Both the position numbers and the translations under genes were made by a program. A DNA stretch of 64,000 bases from Marispirochaeta sp. (GTDB lineage: Bacteria > Spirochaetota > Spirochaetia > JC444 > Marispirochaetaceae), in assembly GCA_963676835.2 (NCBI GenBank), contig CAXXFF010000002.1:1632001-1696000 (forward strand), read 5' to 3'. Below the pieces are notes generated by a model that was given only the letters and a program-made list of their open reading frames with translations, ran no database searches and was not told the DNA's origin. Within the stretch, counting starts at the first letter, position 1. Each line of letters begins with the position of its first letter. Positions 42,381-52,572 of the stretch are shown here, one piece after another.

Positions 42381-42635
42381 TTCCGGTGGATCGGGAATAG
42401 TTCCGCCGTAAGCCGCCTTTTCTGTCAGGTACCTGATTTGGGGTGTTTCATTTCGAAGGTATCTGCAACTGACATGCTTCGGGATCAGGGTGCAGACGCT
42501 GCAGGCTCTTAACTCCTTGTCTGCGGTAAAAATACATTCTTTTTAAATGTTCCTGCTGCTGGGACTTAACAACACTTGACGGATGCTGTGGTGTATTAGT
42601 AAATTATGCCACAAGATTCACTGACAGAGGTAGTT

Positions 42636-43277
42636 ATGTCTAAGCAGAACGATGAGGTAGTCGAAAATCAGCCTCAGGAGATTATCGACTTCCCGGAGAA
42701 TGGCGCATCCGAACCCGATGTTCAGGAAACCCCAACTACCGATGACCCTGCTGCATCAGGAAATGAACTGGAAACTCTCCAAACCCGTCTGGCTGAGCTT
42801 GAGGCTGAGAACAGCGAACTGAAGAGCCAGTATCTGCGTAAGAGTGCGGATTTTGAGAATTTCCGTAAACGAATGTTCAGAGAAAAAGAAGAGGCTGTTA
42901 AACATGCAAACTCGTCTCTTCTATCTGATATTGTAGCAATCATCGATGATTTTGAAAGGGCCATCAAGTCTTCCCAGGAATCAAAGGATTTTGAGTCCTT
43001 CCACAGTGGTATAGAACTGATTGAAAAGCAGTTTACCGGAATGCTGGAACGGAACTGGGGGCTTAAGCGGTTTGAAAGCGAAGGTGAGGTGTTTGATCCC
43101 CAGAAGCACGAAGCCATCGGTATGGAAGAGCGGGAAGGCCTGGATGAACAGACGGTAATCGAGGATTATCTGAAAGGTTATTTTCTTCACGACCGTGTAC
43201 TGAGACACGCGAAAGTGAAGGTTGGAATACCCAAACCTGCCGCGTCCGGCGGGGAAAAAAACGAAAATCAAGACTAA
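42636..43277 (+). CDS. grpE: Nucleotide exchange factor GrpE
   Basis: ADFENFRKR, FDPQKHEA, GYFLHDRVLR; ATG 42636 has SD AGAGG. Confidence 0.97.
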   Translation: MSKQNDEVVENQPQEIIDFPENGASEPDVQETPTTDDPAASGNELETLQTRLAELEAENSELKSQYLRKSADFENFRKRMFREKEEAVKHANSSLLSDIVAIIDDFERAIKSSQESKDFESFHSGIELIEKQFTGMLERNWGLKRFESEGEVFDPQKHEAIGMEEREGLDEQTVIEDYLKGYFLHDRVLRHAKVKVGIPKPAASGGEKNENQD

Positions 43278-43300
43278 GGATTATATAGGAGAATTTAGCA

Positions 43301-45247
43301 ATGGGACGAATTATCGGCATCGACCTTGGAACAACAAACTCATGTGTCGCCGTAATGGAAGGCGGAGAGCCGACGGTAATCCAGAACGCTGAGGGACAGA
43401 GAACAACACCCTCAATTGTAGGATTTACAGCAAAAGGTGAACGACTTGTAGGTCAGCCTGCAAAGAACCAGATAGTAACCAACCCGGAAAATACCATCTA
43501 CTCAATCAAACGTTTCATGGGACGCCGTTTCGGCGAGGTGCCCGGTGAAATCAGCATGGTTCCCTACCAGATAAAAGAGGGAAGCGGCAACGAGGTACGG
43601 GTACTTGCTCACGAAAAGGAGTATTCACCTCAGGAAATTTCTGCAGCTATTCTTCAGAAGATGAAAAAGACTGCGGAGGACTATCTTGGAGAGTCGGTTA
43701 CAGAAGCGGTTATTACCGTACCTGCCTACTTTAACGATGCTCAGCGTCAGGCTACAAAAGACGCAGGTAAAATTGCCGGTCTTGAGGTAAAACGTATTGT
43801 AAATGAGCCTACCGCGGCATCTCTTGCTTACGGGTTCGGCAAAGACAAGAAAGAAGAGAAGATTGCCGTATATGACCTTGGAGGAGGAACCTTCGACGTT
43901 TCCGTACTCGAGCTCGGCGACGGTGTTTTCGAGGTAAAATCCACCAACGGTGATACCCATCTTGGAGGAGATAACTTTGACCAGCGGATTATTGACTGGC
44001 TTATTTCCAGTTTCAAATCCGACAGCGGCATTGACCTTACCCAGGATCGGATGGCCCTGCAGCGTCTGAAAGAGGCGGCAGAAAAGGCGAAGATTGAGCT
44101 TTCAAGTACTCAGTCTACAGAAATCAACCTTCCCTTTATTACAGCTGATGCCAGCGGCCCCAAACACCTGCAGTATACCCTTACCCGGGCGAAATTCGAG
44201 CAGATGGTTGATGATCTGGTTAAAGGAACCCGTGAGCCCTGTCTCAAGGCGATGAAAGATGCCGGTGTTTCTCCTTCAGATATCGATGAGGTTATTCTTG
44301 TGGGTGGTTCCACCCGTATGCCTGCGGTGCAGCAGCTGGTTAAGGATCTCTTTCAGAGAGAACCCCATAAAGGTGTAAACCCCGATGAAGTTGTGGCCAT
44401 GGGTGCAGCTATCCAGGGAGGTATTCTCGGTGGTGATGTAAAGGATGTGCTCCTTCTGGATGTTACTCCCCTTTCTCTGGGAATCGAGACTCTCGGAGGA
44501 GTTTTCACCAAGCTTATTGAGCGGAATACTACCATTCCTACCCGGAAGAGCCAGATTTTCTCTACTGCTGCTGATAATCAGACTGCGGTATCTATTCACG
44601 TGCTTCAGGGTGAGCGGGAAATGGCAACCCAGAACCGGACCCTCGGCCGTTTTGATCTTGTGGGAATCCCGGCCGCGCCCAGAGGAGTACCCCAGATAGA
44701 GGTAACCTTTGATATCGATGCCAACGGTATAGTGCATGTTTCCGCCAAGGATATGGGTACCGGAAAAGAGCAGAAGATCCGTATCGAAAGCTCTTCCGGA
44801 CTTTCCGAGGATGAGATCGACCGCATGGTTAAAGACGCTGAAGTCCACGCTGCGGAAGACAAGAAAGAGCGCGAAAAAATCGAGGTACGCAACGAAGCGG
44901 ACAACCTGATTTATGCAACCGAGAAGAGCCTCAGTGAGTACGGTGACAAGGTTGGCGATGCTGACAAGCAGGCAATTCAGACTGCTCTGGATGATCTCAA
45001 GGGAAGTCTTGATTCTGCCAGTGTAGAAGATATCAAAGCCAAGATTCAGACCCTTACACAGGCCTCACACAAGCTTGCTGAAGAGATGTACAAGCAGACA
45101 GGTGCTGACCAGCAGGCCGGTGCTGCAGGTGCCGGCGAGCAGGCTGCCGGTGGAGATGGCCCTCAGAATGCCTCCGGACCGGATGATTCCGGCAATGTTG
45201 AAGATGTCGATTACGAAGTAGTCGACGATGACGAAAAAGATAATTAA
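43301..45247 (+). CDS. dnaK: Chaperone DnaK
   Basis: [25 protein letters not shown]. Confidence 0.99.
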   Translation: MGRIIGIDLGTTNSCVAVMEGGEPTVIQNAEGQRTTPSIVGFTAKGERLVGQPAKNQIVTNPENTIYSIKRFMGRRFGEVPGEISMVPYQIKEGSGNEVRVLAHEKEYSPQEISAAILQKMKKTAEDYLGESVTEAVITVPAYFNDAQRQATKDAGKIAGLEVKRIVNEPTAASLAYGFGKDKKEEKIAVYDLGGGTFDVSVLELGDGVFEVKSTNGDTHLGGDNFDQRIIDWLISSFKSDSGIDLTQDRMALQRLKEAAEKAKIELSSTQSTEINLPFITADASGPKHLQYTLTRAKFEQMVDDLVKGTREPCLKAMKDAGVSPSDIDEVILVGGSTRMPAVQQLVKDLFQREPHKGVNPDEVVAMGAAIQGGILGGDVKDVLLLDVTPLSLGIETLGGVFTKLIERNTTIPTRKSQIFSTAADNQTAVSIHVLQGEREMATQNRTLGRFDLVGIPAAPRGVPQIEVTFDIDANGIVHVSAKDMGTGKEQKIRIESSSGLSEDEIDRMVKDAEVHAAEDKKEREKIEVRNEADNLIYATEKSLSEYGDKVGDADKQAIQTALDDLKGSLDSASVEDIKAKIQTLTQASHKLAEEMYKQTGADQQAGAAGAGEQAAGGDGPQNASGPDDSGNVEDVDYEVVDDDEKDN

Positions 45248-45278
45248 GCTGTGTAAGGTTTAAAGCCTTGCAATCAGA

Positions 45279-45314
45279 GCCCGGAGCGGTTTGCCGTTCC
45301 GGGCGCTTTCTGTT
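45279..45314 (+). terminator. Hairpin between dnaK and dnaJ (partial terminator or stabiliser)
   Basis: GCCCGGAGCGG/CCGTTCCGGGC stem with an imperfect T tail. Confidence 0.55.
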
Positions 45315-45361
45315 CCCGGAGATGCCGGGGGGTAAAGTTTTTTTGAAGGACGGATGCTGCT

Positions 45362-46492
45362 TTGGCAAAACGCGATTACTACGAAGTCCTTGGGGTAGCC
45401 AAGGATGCGAATAAAGAAGATATAAAGAAAGCCTACCGCAAGCTTGCGGTCCAGAATCACCCCGATAAGAATCCCGGAGATAAAGAGGCAGAAGAGCGTT
45501 TCAAAGAAGCTACCGAGGCATATGAAGTCCTGGGTGATGAGCAGAAACGGCAGACATATGACCAGTTCGGCTTTGCCGGTCTTGAGGGTATGGCCGGAGG
45601 CGGCGGTCATGACTACTCCACTGTTTTCCGTGATTTTGAAGATATCTTCGGAGATTTCGGCGGTATTTTTGATTCCTTCTTTGGCGGCGGAGGCCGTGGC
45701 GGCCGGCGTAGATCTTCCGGGGCGGCTAACCGGGGAGCAGACCTGAGGTTTAACCTTGAAATCAGCTTTCGGGATGCCGTATTCGGCACAAAGACGGAAA
45801 TCTCCTACCGCAAGAACGCCTCATGTCCCACTTGTGAAGGTAAGGGAACAAGCTCAGGGAGCGGTCGGAAAACCTGTCCCACCTGCGGAGGGTCCGGTCA
45901 GGTAAGGAGAAGCTCCGGCTTCTTTTCCATCGCTTCTCCCTGTCCAACCTGTTCCGGCGAGGGATACATTATTGAAAATCCCTGTACCAGCTGTCACGGC
46001 AGCGGTGTACAGCAGAAGAACCAGAAAATCAAGGTTACCATTCCCGCAGGTATTGAACACGGCAAACGAATCAATATTCCCGGTCAGGGAGATTCCGGCC
46101 CCAACGGCGGCCCGGCGGGTGATCTTTATGTATATATCAGTGTAGCACCTCACAAGTTTTTTGAGCGGGACCGCAATGATCTCTACTGTGTAATTCCCAT
46201 ATCTATAACCCAGGCAGCCCTTGGTGGTGAGATTATGGTTCCTACCCTGGATGATAAGAAGATCAAGCTGAAAATACCTGCGGGAACACAGAATGGAAAA
46301 ATTCTGCGTATTCGTGGCGAAGGCGTTCCGCATCTGCATAATTCCCAGACCCGGGGGGATATGTACATTAAGATAAGCGTGGAAATTCCAACCAAGCTTT
46401 CCGGTAAAGCCAAGGGTATTTTAAAGGAATTCGCGGAAATCGAAGGGGAAAACAGCACTCCCGATCCGATTCCTCTTTCCCGGCTGCGGTAA
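45362..46492 (+). CDS. dnaJ: Chaperone DnaJ (TTG start)
   Basis: HPD J-domain, G/F region, four CxxCxGxG repeats. Confidence 0.99.
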   Translation: MAKRDYYEVLGVAKDANKEDIKKAYRKLAVQNHPDKNPGDKEAEERFKEATEAYEVLGDEQKRQTYDQFGFAGLEGMAGGGGHDYSTVFRDFEDIFGDFGGIFDSFFGGGGRGGRRRSSGAANRGADLRFNLEISFRDAVFGTKTEISYRKNASCPTCEGKGTSSGSGRKTCPTCGGSGQVRRSSGFFSIASPCPTCSGEGYIIENPCTSCHGSGVQQKNQKIKVTIPAGIEHGKRINIPGQGDSGPNGGPAGDLYVYISVAPHKFFERDRNDLYCVIPISITQAALGGEIMVPTLDDKKIKLKIPAGTQNGKILRIRGEGVPHLHNSQTRGDMYIKISVEIPTKLSGKAKGILKEFAEIEGENSTPDPIPLSRLR

Positions 46493-46521
46493 TTGCATTA
46501 AAGTAAAAAAGGGAGGCTGAT

Positions 46522-47043
46522 GTGGCAGCAAAAAAACGGAAACAGATTGTCATAGATAAAAACTTTCAGTACAGGATGGTTTCTGCCTTCCTTTTTTCCA
46601 TCCTCGCCGCGCTGCTTATATTTTCTCTCCTTATAGGAGGCTACTACTGGCTTTCCAGTATGGCCGGAGAGAATATTTTCAAGGAATTTATTACCATCGA
46701 CCGTCAGGTTACCCGTGAGACTACAGTAATCGAGAACGGTGTTGAGAAGATTGTAAAGGTTCCGGCTACGGAGTCTATAGTCGGGGTAAAACGCTGGGAG
46801 ATTGTTCTTCCGGTAATCCTGGTGAATAACCTGGTACTTATGGTGGTTTTCTCTTTTCTCGGGCTCCGCTATTCCCACAGAATAGCCGGTCCGGTTTACC
46901 GTATATCCAAGGATATAGACCGGGTCCTTCAGGGCGAACAGGGGGTGCGGGTCAAGCTCCGGTCAAAGGACAGACTTCAGGAGCTCAGTATCCAGGTTAA
47001 CCGGCTTATAGAGAAAACCGAGTCTTCCGGGGAGCCGTCTTAA
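46522..47043 (+). CDS. Two-TM membrane protein ending in a lone HAMP-like domain
   Basis: TM-loop-TM, then SHRIAGPVYRI...DRLQELSIQVN; SD GGAGG, GTG start. Confidence 0.75.
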   Translation: MAAKKRKQIVIDKNFQYRMVSAFLFSILAALLIFSLLIGGYYWLSSMAGENIFKEFITIDRQVTRETTVIENGVEKIVKVPATESIVGVKRWEIVLPVILVNNLVLMVVFSFLGLRYSHRIAGPVYRISKDIDRVLQGEQGVRVKLRSKDRLQELSIQVNRLIEKTESSGEPS

Positions 47044-47067
47044 GATACTGTCATACTCTGCCGATAG
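47041..47067 (+). promoter_or_regulatory. Putative sigma28 (FliA) promoter
   Basis: TAAG-15 nt-GCCGATAG versus consensus TAAA-N15-GCCGATAA. Confidence 0.5.
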
Positions 47068-47116
47068 TCAGAAGTGAAGCTAACTCTTCAAAAATTCCTG
47101 CCGAGGATTTGTCTTT

Positions 47117-47542
47117 ATGCGGAAACTTCTGATTGTTTTATGTGCCCTTATTTTTGCCGGTTTTCTCTTTGCCAATAACCAGGTGTCCACCGACGAGAAC
47201 GGAGACGGGAAGCCTGATACCTGGACAGCATTTGATGATAAGGGCAATCGAAGTGCCATCTATTACGATAGTGATTTTGACGGTGCCATAGATTATGTTC
47301 ACGTATTTAATAAGGATAATCAACGTATTGAGGAACATCTCGATTACAACCGGGACGGTGAAATGGATGATTTTTACTATTTTGCCAATGATGTTCTTCA
47401 GCGGCGGGAAATAGATACGAATTTTGATACCAAAGTAGATGTCTGGGTATATCTGACTGAAGGTATTTATATTAACCGATATGAGCAGGATACTGACTTT
47501 GACGGGGAAATTGACAAGGTGAAATCATTCGGTGAGCAGTGA
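47117..47542 (+). CDS. Secreted protein with five Dx[DN]xDG-type repeats
   Basis: Signal peptide; DENGDGKPD, DSDFDGAID, DYNRDGEMD, DTNFDTKVD, DTDFDGEID. Confidence 0.8.
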   Translation: MRKLLIVLCALIFAGFLFANNQVSTDENGDGKPDTWTAFDDKGNRSAIYYDSDFDGAIDYVHVFNKDNQRIEEHLDYNRDGEMDDFYYFANDVLQRREIDTNFDTKVDVWVYLTEGIYINRYEQDTDFDGEIDKVKSFGEQ

Positions 47543-48263
47543 GTTTTTAACTGGTTTTCATGCCATAGAAGAGGCATTGGCGGCAGCATCCCGAGGAAGC
47601 GGCCGGCTTTATATTTCCGGGAAAGGACCTCGGATTAAAAAAATTGAAGAGCTTGCAGGAAAAAAGCGTACTCCTGTACAGCGAATCACATCGGATGAGT
47701 TAAGCAAGATAACCGGCCGGGATCACAAAGGTATTGCCCTCGAAATAGTGGCCGCAAGGATGGGCTCTTCTTTTGAAGAGTTTATGGAGAAGCTTGATGA
47801 TTCCCGTGAAAACGTGCTTGTCCTGCTGTTGGATGGAATAACCGACCCTCATAATCTCGGGGCTATCCTCCGTTCTGCCGATCAGTTTCAGGCCGATTTC
47901 GTGCTGTTTCCTGAAAGGCGTTCTGCATCCGAAACCGAAGTTGTAGCAAACACTTCGGCGGGAGCTGTACATCATGTGCCTCATGCCCAAGTCAAGAATC
48001 TGAACAGAACAGTGGAACTGCTGAAAAAGAAGCAGTTCTGGATTTACGGTGCAGCCATGGGCGGTGGGAACATCAATCAGACTGATCTGCGTGGAAGGGT
48101 TGCTCTGGTGATGGGCAGTGAAGGGCAGGGGCTGTCCGCATTGCTGGCAAAAAACTGTGATGCTGAAATTGCCATCCCAACCAGAGGTAAAGTAGACTCC
48201 CTCAACGTTTCCGTTGCCACGGGAGTCATCCTCTATGAAATTCGCCGTCAGCAGGGCTGGTAG
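47532..48263 (+). CDS. rlmB: 23S rRNA Gm2251 methyltransferase (SpoU family)
   Basis: DGITDPHNLGAILRSA, MGSEGQG, SLNVSVA. Confidence 0.93.
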   Translation: MSSEFLTGFHAIEEALAAASRGSGRLYISGKGPRIKKIEELAGKKRTPVQRITSDELSKITGRDHKGIALEIVAARMGSSFEEFMEKLDDSRENVLVLLLDGITDPHNLGAILRSADQFQADFVLFPERRSASETEVVANTSAGAVHHVPHAQVKNLNRTVELLKKKQFWIYGAAMGGGNINQTDLRGRVALVMGSEGQGLSALLAKNCDAEIAIPTRGKVDSLNVSVATGVILYEIRRQQGW

Positions 48264-48272
48264 ACAGCCCTG

Positions 48273-50150
48273 TCAGTTTGTCAGGCGAAACCGGTTCAGC
48301 GGCCAGAAGGTCATTACCGCTTTTCCAAGAATATAATCATCATCTAAAAGATGGGGCTCAAGATTAGACCGGTACTGTATGGAAAATGGGTCATCCGGAT
48401 CCAGTGACTTCTGTCTGGAGGGGTCGTCGGAAAAACGGAAATCCAGTGAGTTGTACCGGTTGTCACCCATAAGGAAAAAGCTTCCTTCGGGGATATAGGT
48501 ACCGTCTCCCGCAGGTGTTACCGGAAAGTTCCGGCTGTCGTAAAAATGTATGTAATCTATAAGTTGATCATCCTGCTGACGCATGGATAATCTTTCCCCT
48601 GCAATGCTGTTGAGAGGCAGCTTTTTAAGGATACTTTCGCTGTACGCTGCAAGACGGTTTGTCTGATCAATCTTATACAGAAGATTCACCTTCTTGGTCG
48701 ATTCAATGTATGGGTCGGAAGCTCCTGCCATGGCAGAAGTTATAGCTCCCTGAGTGTAATTCTGGATTATGCCCGGCTCATCGGTGAGGTTTCTGTAGAG
48801 CAGGAGCAGCTCATACAGTTCTCTATCAAGCGGGTTGGGTTTCATGAGCAGGTTCTGACTTTCGTGAACACCATATTTTTCAAAACTGTATTCCCATGCC
48901 TCTATGTAATGATCAACTGTTTTTCCATTGTTTTCTGCCAGAGGTGACAGGTAGTACTCTCTGAAGAAATTCACATCTTCCCGGGAAAACTGACTGCTTA
49001 GTTTTGTGAGGTCCTGCTGGGCCTGTTCCAGGCTCAATGCGAGTGAACCCAGGGTATGACTGTTTTTTCTTTCATCAATTGCGTCGAAGCGGGCTCTCCG
49101 TGCACTGTCAACACGGATCCATTCAATTTTTTCAACTACTGAAGCGGGTTCAGTGTACAGGTCGACGTTGGAGAAATCTCTGTCTGCCTCAAGGGGGTGA
49201 TACTCTTCGCCGTCTTTTTTCACATATAGAACATCGTCCACCATGAAGATCTTCTCTCCCGGTTCGGCTACAAGACGCTTTACAATAAACTGTTTCCGGG
49301 GATTGCCGTATTCATCTTCATCGATATTTACCATGGTGAGGGTCATATAAAAAATAACCTGCTGAAAAATGCGCCGGGCAAGACTTTTGTACTCGTAGGT
49401 TGGTTTCTGGAATACAACAATATCTCCCCGTTTGGGTTCGCTCATAACCGGAAAGCGCCATTTAGTCAGAGGGATGGAGGGGCCGGACTGAAACTTGGTA
49501 ACCATGGTCCGGTCTTTGGCCAGAAATGTAGGCACCATCGATTCTGTTGGAATTACGTAGAGCTGAAAAATAAAATGCTGCAGAAGAATAACGATAATTA
49601 TTGCCTGAACAACTGCATCTACATTCTCCCAGATAACCGCCGCCGGAGAGCGTTTTACCTGTTTCTCTTTTTCTTCCGCCCTCAGGCGTTTCTGCTCTTT
49701 TTTTGAAACGTACACTCCCCATTTTTCCTGTACCGGTTTAAGCCACAGGGAAATATAAAGCAGCAATGGAAAGAGTGTAGAGATGAATGATGATATCCAG
49801 AGGCGGAGATATGTGCCGTTATCAAGAATGCCTGCCATATCCCAGGACATTCTGGGGAGGTTGTAGAACACGTAGACAAACACAATAAAGTAACCGGCGT
49901 AGGTTTTACAGTACTTAAGCCATTTTTTGTTTTCACGTACGAGAAGCTGAAGGAAAAAAAGCCCGTTCAGGCCGATAATCAGTAATTTTATCAGAATGGA
50001 GGAGATTAAGGCCCAGTCTGTATAACGGAACCCGGTGGCGAAGATTGAAAAAAGTGCATTCAAAGACCAGAGCAGCAGTAGTGCCGCCGGCAGCAGCCGG
50101 GAGTAGTCAGATCTGATTCTGGTCATGGCATCGGTAATATCTTGCTTCAT
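48273..50150 (-). CDS. lepB: Signal peptidase I, enlarged
   Basis: Box B IPTESMVPT (Ser), box D IVKRLVAEPGE (Lys), box E MGDNRYNSLDFR. Confidence 0.92.
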   Translation of the reverse strand: MKQDITDAMTRIRSDYSRLLPAALLLLWSLNALFSIFATGFRYTDWALISSILIKLLIIGLNGLFFLQLLVRENKKWLKYCKTYAGYFIVFVYVFYNLPRMSWDMAGILDNGTYLRLWISSFISTLFPLLLYISLWLKPVQEKWGVYVSKKEQKRLRAEEKEKQVKRSPAAVIWENVDAVVQAIIIVILLQHFIFQLYVIPTESMVPTFLAKDRTMVTKFQSGPSIPLTKWRFPVMSEPKRGDIVVFQKPTYEYKSLARRIFQQVIFYMTLTMVNIDEDEYGNPRKQFIVKRLVAEPGEKIFMVDDVLYVKKDGEEYHPLEADRDFSNVDLYTEPASVVEKIEWIRVDSARRARFDAIDERKNSHTLGSLALSLEQAQQDLTKLSSQFSREDVNFFREYYLSPLAENNGKTVDHYIEAWEYSFEKYGVHESQNLLMKPNPLDRELYELLLLYRNLTDEPGIIQNYTQGAITSAMAGASDPYIESTKKVNLLYKIDQTNRLAAYSESILKKLPLNSIAGERLSMRQQDDQLIDYIHFYDSRNFPVTPAGDGTYIPEGSFFLMGDNRYNSLDFRFSDDPSRQKSLDPDDPFSIQYRSNLEPHLLDDDYILGKAVMTFWPLNRFRLTN

Positions 50151-50158
50151 AGAAGTAG

Positions 50159-50197
50159 ATAGTAGAGGGTTGCTGGCAAAATGACAAGCAACCCTCT
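50159..50197 (-). promoter_or_regulatory. lepB promoter embedded in an inverted repeat
   Basis: Minus strand TTGTCA-17 nt-TACTAT-8 nt-ATG; inverted repeat AGAGGGTTGCT/AGCAACCCTCT at 50164-50197. Confidence 0.6.
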
Positions 50198-50224
50198 CTT
50201 GTTTTCATGCAGGGATACTGTTGT

Positions 50225-50629
50225 TTAACAGTTGATTTTCAGCATCCTTTCGGCAAGGTGTACGGCATTGAGTACGCCCTGTTTGCCTATTCCCATGGTG
50301 GCGCAGGGAATACCCTTGGGGAGCTGCAGAATGGAGAGAAGTGCATCCATTCCGCTTAAGGGGCCGGCTACGAGGGGTATACCCAGTACCGGTTTGGAAG
50401 AAATGGAGGCAACCACGCCCGGAAGTGCTGCTGAAAGGCCTGCAGCGGCTATGATAATCTTGTATTCATTCTCATTTTCCTTGAGAAAAACCTGCAGTTC
50501 TTCCAGGTTTCTGTGAGCTGAATATACTTTGAGGTCGTTGCTGATGCCCTTTTCCTGCATCAGATCAAGACCGGGTTTTACCGCATCTCTGTCAGATTCG
50601 GAACCAATAAGAAACAGTACATCTTTCAT
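50225..50629 (-). CDS. purE: PurE (AIR carboxylase family)
   Basis: GSESD, SAHR, AGLSAALPG, QLPKGIP. Confidence 0.92.
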   Translation of the reverse strand: MKDVLFLIGSESDRDAVKPGLDLMQEKGISNDLKVYSAHRNLEELQVFLKENENEYKIIIAAAGLSAALPGVVASISSKPVLGIPLVAGPLSGMDALLSILQLPKGIPCATMGIGKQGVLNAVHLAERMLKINC

Positions 50630-50659
50630 TCTTCTATTCTCCTGAACTCTGGTGGACGG

Positions 50660-51919
50660 TTATTGTGCGTCTACAAAGAATTTCTTGCCGATATCGGGCC
50701 GGTACCAGCCGCCGCGGAATTTTACATCCTGAACAGCGTCATAAGCCTTGACCCGGGCGCTGAGGAGGCTTGAGCCGAATCCCACCACGGTAAAACAGCG
50801 TCCGCCGCCGGTAACAACAGCGTCATCACCATCATTCAGGGTGGACGCATGAAATGTTACTGATTCTTTTTCGTTTTTTTTCGGCAGCTTTTCTACCAGT
50901 GTTCCCTTGGGATAGGATCCAGGGTAACCTTCTGCGGCAACTACGACGCCAAGGGCGCTGCGTTCGGATATGCGCAGGGGAAAATCGGCCAGTTTGCCTC
51001 CGGCCATTGCATCGATAAGGTTGCCGAAATCAGACTCAATCAACGGGATAAGCACCTGGGCTTCGGGATCTCCGAAGCGTACATTATATTCCAGTACTTT
51101 AGGGCCTGCTTCGGTCATCATGAGTCCAACGTAGAGCACGCCGGTGTACATGAGGCCGTCTTTCCGCAATCCTTCAACCGTAGGTTTGAGTACCTTCTCT
51201 TCGATATCTGCGATCATGCTGCCCGTTACTGTTGGTACCGGGCATATGGAACCCATGCCGCCGGTATTCAGTCCGGTGTCATTTTCGCCGGCTTTTTTAA
51301 AGTCTGCACAGGTGGGCAGGATGCGGTAGTCTTTTCCGTCCATCAGCAGGAATATGGAGATCTCATATCCGGTGAGGAACTCTTCCAGGATGAGTGCATC
51401 ATCTTTCAGTACTTTCTCGGCAAAGCTGAGCAGTTCGGCTTTATTGTCTGACTCCAGTACACCTTTACCGGCGGCAAGGCCGCTCTTTTTCAGGACTACC
51501 TTTGTGTTGCGCTTGTCGAACTCTTTTTCCAGCTGGTCAAGGGAGCTAATCTCTATGCTTTCTGCTGTGGGGACATTGTTCCGGAACATGAACTCCTTGG
51601 AGAACTGTTTGCTCGATTCAAGCTGGGCAGGAACTTTTTCCGGTCCGATTGCGGCTATTCCCGCTTCTTTCAGGACATCAACAGCACCTGCTGCGAGGGG
51701 AACTTCCGGGCCTACAAAAACATGGCTGACACCAAGCTTTACGGCGGCTTCACGAATAGACGCGGGATCTTCCGGATCTACATCGGGGACATTTTCTCCC
51801 AGTTCGGCTGTTCCGGCATTACCCGGTGCTATATAAAGACCTGATATTCGTTTGCTGGCATTGAATTTCCAGGCAAGAGCATGTTCTCGGGCTCCGGAAC
51901 CTACGATAAGTACCTTCAA
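50660..51919 (-). CDS. purD: Phosphoribosylamine--glycine ligase (TTG start)
   Basis: GSGAREHAL, GLAAGKGV, NTGGMG, EYNVRFGDPE. Confidence 0.98.
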   Translation of the reverse strand: MKVLIVGSGAREHALAWKFNASKRISGLYIAPGNAGTAELGENVPDVDPEDPASIREAAVKLGVSHVFVGPEVPLAAGAVDVLKEAGIAAIGPEKVPAQLESSKQFSKEFMFRNNVPTAESIEISSLDQLEKEFDKRNTKVVLKKSGLAAGKGVLESDNKAELLSFAEKVLKDDALILEEFLTGYEISIFLLMDGKDYRILPTCADFKKAGENDTGLNTGGMGSICPVPTVTGSMIADIEEKVLKPTVEGLRKDGLMYTGVLYVGLMMTEAGPKVLEYNVRFGDPEAQVLIPLIESDFGNLIDAMAGGKLADFPLRISERSALGVVVAAEGYPGSYPKGTLVEKLPKKNEKESVTFHASTLNDGDDAVVTGGGRCFTVVGFGSSLLSARVKAYDAVQDVKFRGGWYRPDIGKKFFVDAQ

Positions 51920-51987
51920 AGGTTTAGCTCCTCAGATTGAAATTGATGTTATTCGGCAGTCTTTCGACGCGAAGACCCTAACGTGTA

Positions 51988-52569
51988 TTAAGTGTTTGCA
52001 GGGGTTGAATATCCTTCAAGGATACCCAAGATTACCTCAGGATAGAGGCGATGTTCAAGGGCATGAATACGCTCTTCAAATGCTTCAAGGCTCTCACCTT
52101 CTATGCGGCGTATTTTGCCCTGCTGTATTACCGGACCGGTATCGAGGCCGTAATCGACCCGGTGAACGGTTACTCCAAGCTCGGCATCCCCGGAGGCATA
52201 GCTCTCTTCGATGCCGTGGGTTCCCGGGTATTTCGGCAGCAGGCTCGGGTGGATATTTATGATTCGACCGGGAAATGCATCGATCAGAACCGGAGTCAGA
52301 AGGCGCATGAACCCGGCCAGCACTATAAGCTCCGGCTGGTAGGGCTCAAGCCGCCTGAGCAGCTCCTTTTCAAGTTCCTGTCTGTCCGTGTTCTTTGTGT
52401 AGCGCAGATCTTCAACGGGGATTCCGGCCTCGGCTGCACGGGTCCGGGCATAGGCTTTCTGTCTGTCGCAGACCAGAACACTGATAATGTGCTCCGTCGT
52501 TTTGAAGGCATCAATAAAAGCCTGAAAGTTGGATCCGTTGCCGGAGGCGAAGACTGCAATCTTTCCCAT
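51988..52569 (-). CDS. purN: Phosphoribosylglycinamide formyltransferase
   Basis: SGNGSN, LAGFMR, NIHPSLLP, DTGP. Confidence 0.98.
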   Translation of the reverse strand: MGKIAVFASGNGSNFQAFIDAFKTTEHIISVLVCDRQKAYARTRAAEAGIPVEDLRYTKNTDRQELEKELLRRLEPYQPELIVLAGFMRLLTPVLIDAFPGRIINIHPSLLPKYPGTHGIEESYASGDAELGVTVHRVDYGLDTGPVIQQGKIRRIEGESLEAFEERIHALEHRLYPEVILGILEGYSTPANT

Positions 52570-52572
52570 GTG

